Assembly: GCA_964016885.1 (NCBI GenBank)
Contig: OZ024743.1
Coordinates: forward strand, 133,858,001 to 133,922,000
DNA: 64,000 nucleotides
Reading direction: 5' to 3'
DNA from: Eledone cirrhosa
Taxonomy: Eukaryota
The position numbers were made by a program, and so were the translations under genes. This document shows, in pieces, positions 60,201 through 64,000 of the stretch (position 1 is its first letter; every line of letters starts with the position of its first letter). Under the pieces are notes generated by a model. It had not been told where the DNA came from, searched no databases, and saw nothing but the letters and a program-made list of their open reading frames with translations.

Positions 60201-63200
60201 GTGCTTGGTGCTTGGTGTTTGGTGCTTGGTGCTTGGAGTTTGGTGTTTGGTGCTTGGTGCTTGGTGTTTTGTGTTTGGTGTTTGGTTTTTGGTGCTTGGT
60301 GCTTGGTGCTTGGTGCTTGGTCCTTGGTGTTTGGTGCTTGGTGCTTGGTGTTTGTACTTGGTGCTTGGTGCTTGGTGTTTGGTTCTTGGTTCTTGGTGTT
60401 TGGTACTTGGTGCTTGGTGCTTGGTGTTTGGTGCTTGGTGCTTGGTGTTTGGTGTTTGGTGTTTGGTGCTTGGTGCTTGGTGTTTGGTGCTTGGTGCTTG
60501 GTGCTGGGTGGTTGGTATTTGGTGCTTGGTGCTTGGTGTTTGGTGCTTGGTGCTTGGTGCTTGGTGTTTGGTGCTTGGTGCTTGGTGCTTGGTCTTTGGT
60601 GCTTGGTGTTTGGTGTTTGGTGCTTGGTGCTTTGTGTTTGGTGCTTGGTGATTAGTGTTTGGTGCTTGGTACTTGGTGTTTGGTGCTTGGTGTTTGGTGT
60701 TTGCTGTTTGGTGTTTGGTGTTTGGTGTTTGCTGTTTGGTGTCTGCTTTTTGCTGTTTGGTGTTTGCTGTATGGTGTTTACTGTTTCGTGTTTGGTGTTT
60801 GCTGTTTGCTGTTTGGTGTTTGGTCTTTGGTGCTTGGTGTTTGGTGCTTGGTGCTTGGTGTTTGGTGTTTGGTGCTTGGTGCTTGGTGCTTGGTGTTTGG
60901 TGCTTGGTGTCTGGTGCTTGGTGTCTGGTGCTTGGTGTTTGGTGTTTGGTGTTTGGTGCTTGGTGTTTGGTGTTTGGTGTTTGGTGTTTGGTGCTTGTTG
61001 CTTGGTGCTTGGTGCTTGGTGTTTGGTGCTTGGTGCTTGGTGTTTGGTGCTGGGTGCTTGGTGTTTGGTGCTTGGTGCTTGGTGTTTGGTGTTTGGTGCT
61101 TGGTGCTTGGTGTTTGGTGTTTGGTGTTATATGCTTGGTGTTTGGTGCTTGGTGCTTGGTGTTTGGTGTTTGGTTCTTGATGCTTGGTATTTGGTGCTTG
61201 GTGCTTGCTGCTTGGTGTTTGGTGCTTGGTGATTGATGCTTGGTGTTTGGTGCTTGGTGCTTGGTGTTTGGTTTTTGGTGCTAGGTGCTTGGTGCTTGGT
61301 GTTTGGTGCTTGGTGTTTGGTGTTTGGTGCTTGGTGCTTGGTGTTTGGTACTTGGTGCTTGGTGCTTGGTGTTTGGTGCTTGGTGCTTGGTGTTTGGTGT
61401 TTGGTGTTTGGTGCTTGGTGCTTGGTGTTTGGTGCTTGGTGCTGGGTGGTTGGTATTTGGTGCTTGGTGCTTGGTGTTTTGTGCTAGGTGCATGGTGCCT
61501 GGTGTTTGGTGCTTGGTGCTTGGTGCTTGGTCTTTGGTGTTTGGTGTTTAGTGCTTGGTGCTTGGTGCTTGGTGCTTGGTGCTTGGTGCTTGGTCCTTGG
61601 TGTTTGGTGCTTGGTGCTTGGTGTTTGGTGTTTGGTGCTTGGTGTCTGGAGCTTGGTGTTTGGTGTTTGGTGCTTGGTGTTTGGTGTTTGGTGCTTGGTG
61701 CTTGGTGTTTGGTGCTTGGTGCTTGGTGCTTGGTGTTTGGTGCTTGGTGCTTGGTGCTTGGTCTTTGGTGCTTGGTGTTTGGTGTTTGGTGCTTGGTGCT
61801 TTGTGTTTGGTGCTTGGTGATTAGTGTTTGGTGCTTGGTACTTGGTGTTTGGTGCTTGGTGTTTGGTGTTTGCTGTTTGGTGTTTGGTGTTTGCTGTTTG
61901 ATGTTTGGTGTCTGCTTTTTGGTGTTTGGTGTTTGCTGTATGGTGTTTGCTGTTTCGTGTTTGGTGTTTGCTGTTTGGTGTTTGGTGTTTGCTGTTTGGT
62001 GTTTGGTCTTTGGTGCTTGGTGTTTGGTGCTTGGTGCTTGGTGTTTGGTGTTTGGTGCTTGGTGCTTGGTGCTTGGTGTTTGGTGCTTGGTGTCTGGTGC
62101 TTGGTGTCTGGTGCTTGGTGTTTGGTGTTTGGTGTTTGGTGCTTGGTGTTTGGTGTTTGGTGTTTGGTGTTTGGTGCTTGTTGCTTGGTGCTTGGTGCTT
62201 GGTGTTTGGTGCTTGGTGCTTGGTGTTTGGTGCTGGGTGCTTGGTGTTTGGTGCTTGGTGCTTGGTGCTTGGTGTTTGGTGTTTGGTGCTTGGTGCTTGG
62301 TGTTTGGTGTTTGGTGTTATATGCTTGGTGTTTGATGCTTGGTGCTTGGTGCTTGGTGTTTGGTGTTTGGTGCTTGGTGTTTTATGCTTGGTGTTTGATG
62401 TTTGGTGCTTGGTGCTTGGTGTTTGGTTCTTGGTGCTTGGTGTTTCTACTTGGTGCTTGGTGCTTGGTTCTTGGTGTTTGGTGCTTGGTGCTTGGTGCTT
62501 GGTGCTTGGTGTTTGGTGCTTGGTGTTTGGTGCTTGGTGTTTGGTGCTTGGTGCTTGGTGCTTGGTGTTTGGTGCTTGGTGTTTGGTGCTTGGTATTAGG
62601 TGTTTGGTGCTTGGTGCTTGGTGTTTGGTGTTTGGTGCTTGGTGTTTGGTGCTTGGTGTTTGGTGTTTGGTGCTTGGTGTTTGGTGCTTGGTACTTGGTG
62701 CTTGGTGCTTGGTGTTAGGTGTTTGGTGCTTGGTGCTTGGTGTTTGGTTTTTGGTGCTTGGTGCTTGGTGTTTGGTGTTTGGTGCTTGCTGCTGGCTGCT
62801 TGGTGTTTGGTGCTTGGTGATTGGTGCTTGGTGTTTGGTGCTTGGTGTTTGGTGTTTGGTACTAGGTGCTTGGTGCTTGGTGTTTGGTGCTTGGTGCTTG
62901 GTGTTTGGTGTTTGGTGATTGGTGCTTGGTGTTTGGTGCTTGGTGCTGGGTTCTGGGTGGTTGGTGTTTGGTGCTTGGTGTTTGGTGCTGGGTGCTTGGT
63001 GTTTGGTGCTTGGTGCTTGGTCTTTGGTGTTTGGTGTTTGGTGTTTGGGGCTTGGTGCTTGGTGCTTGGTGTTTGGTGCTTGGTGCTTGGTGTTTGGTGC
63101 TTGGTGCTTAGTGTTTGGTGCTAGGTGCTTGGGGTTTGGTGTTTGGTGCTTGGTGCTTGGTGTTTGGTGCTTGGTGCTTGGTGTTTGGTGTTTGGTGCTT

Positions 63201-64000
63201 GGTGCTTGGTGTTTGGTGTTTCCTGTTTGCTGTTTGGTGTTTGGTGTTTGGTATTTGCTGTTTCGTGTCTGCTTTTTGGTGCTTGGTGCTTGGTGCTTGG
63301 TCTTTGGTGCTTGGTGTTTGGTGTTTGGTGCTTGGTGCTTTGTGTTTGGTGCTTGGTGATTAGTGTTTGGTGCTTGGCACTTGGTGTTTGGTGCTTGGTG
63401 TTTGGTGTTTGCTGTTTGGTGTTTGGTGTTTGCTGTTTGCTGTTTGGTGTCTGCTTTTTGGTGTTTGGTGTTTGCTGTATGGTGTTTGCTGTTTCGTGTT
63501 TGGTGTTTGCTGTTTGGTGTTTGGTGTTTGCTGTTTGGTGTTTGGTCTTTGGTGCTTGGTGTTTGGTGCTTGGTGCTTGGTGTTTGGTGTTTGGTGCTTG
63601 GTGCTTGGTGCTTGGTGTTTGGTGCTTGGTGTCTGGTGCTTGGTGTCTGGTGCTTGGTGTTTGGTGTTTGGTGTTTGGTGCTTGTTGTTTGGTTTTTGGT
63701 GTTTGGTGTTTGGTGCTTGTTGCTTGGTGCTTGGTGCTTGGTGTTTGGTGCTTGGTGCTTGGTGTTTGGTGCTGGGTGCTTGGTGTTTGGTGCTTGGTGC
63801 TTGGTGCTTGGTGTTTGGTGTTTGGTGCTTGGTGCTTGGTGTTTGGTGTTTGGTGTTATATGCTTGGTGTTTGATGCTTGGTGCTTGGTGCTTGGTGTTT
63901 GGTGTTTGGTGCTTGGTGTTTTATGCTTGGTGTTTGATGTTTGGTGCTTGGTGCTTGGTTTTTGGTGCTTGGTGCTTGGTGTTTCTACTTGGTGCTTGGT
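52390..64000 (+). repeat. Tandem duplication of about 6.9 kb (period 6869-6904 bp), second copy truncated by the window end
   Basis: Offsets are 6890 (53211/60101, 53765/60655), 6897 (54287/61184) and 6904 (54924/61828, 55696/62600, 56221/63125). Private variants ATGGTGTTTACTG (about 53881 and 60771) and TTGGCAC (about 56470 and 63374). Confidence 0.9.

Larger units (their letters stand above)
1..64000 (+). repeat. Heptameric tandem satellite array (TTGGTGY)n, about 9,100 monomers, head-to-tail, extending beyond both window ends
   Basis: Every line parses into TTGGTGC/TTGGTGT units with scattered substitution variants (TTGGTAC, TTGATGC, TTGCTGT, TAGGTGC, ATGGTGC, TTAGTGC, TATATGC and others) and occasional 6-bp units. 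No inversion or non-repeat insert was seen. Confidence 0.99.

Noticed and set aside
1-64000. Hundreds of + strand ORFs resembling Cys/Trp-rich membrane proteins
   Set aside because: They overlap in all three frames with the same peptide, start and stop at sporadic variant monomers, and have no unique domains. Monomer indels of 7 bp do not preserve frame. They are translation artefacts of the satellite.
1-64000. CRISPR array
   Set aside because: There are no unique spacers between repeats and no cas genes.
1-64000. Canonical telomere tract (TTAGGG/TTTAGGG type)
   Set aside because: The monomer lacks the GGG run and the A. TTAGG occurs only as a rare variant junction.
1-64000. Cyanobacterial STRR heptamers or Drosophila virilis-group heptamer satellites (AAACTAC family)
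   Set aside because: Only the 7-bp length and partial similarity are shared, and the monomer sequence differs. STRR tracts are short and intergenic. No taxon assignment is supportable.
1-64000. RIP or CpG deamination as the cause of the C/T dimorphism
   Set aside because: The dimorphic C is in a CpT context. The abundant TpG/CpA dinucleotides are mostly intact, and the C/T pattern is inherited unchanged between duplicated blocks.
1-64000. Pure sequencing or basecalling artefact, or synthetic low-complexity sequence
   Set aside because: Rare variants recur at exact multi-kb offsets in nested, position-ordered patterns with very few random indels, as expected of a real evolving array. Individual duplications could still be misassembled.

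Overview
The whole 64 kb window is one uninterrupted, single-orientation tandem array of a 7-bp monomer, TTGGTGY (TTGGTGC and TTGGTGT interspersed; reverse complement RCACCAA), about 9,100 monomers, running off both ends. I see no genes, RNA genes, transposons or unique sequence. All listed ORFs are artefacts of the repeat: three heptamers give a stop-free 7-aa cycle on both strands (LVLGAWC/LVFGVWC on +, APSTKHQ/TPNTKHQ on -). The informative structure is higher order. Rare variant monomers and the C/T pattern act as barcodes and reveal nested, near-identical tandem duplications of about 104, 273, 637, 854, 908, 1550, 1870, 2005, 2572, 2810, 2875, 5637, 5735, 6900 and 7550 bp. I read these periods from offsets between identical ORFs in the supplied track and checked them against landmark motifs. 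Variant alleles replace each other along the array, giving distinct left and right domains. This looks like eukaryotic heterochromatic satellite DNA (centromeric, pericentromeric or subtelomeric) with higher-order repeats. Organism and function cannot be determined from the sequence. Block boundaries are approximate, to within tens of bp or about 200 bp for the largest blocks.
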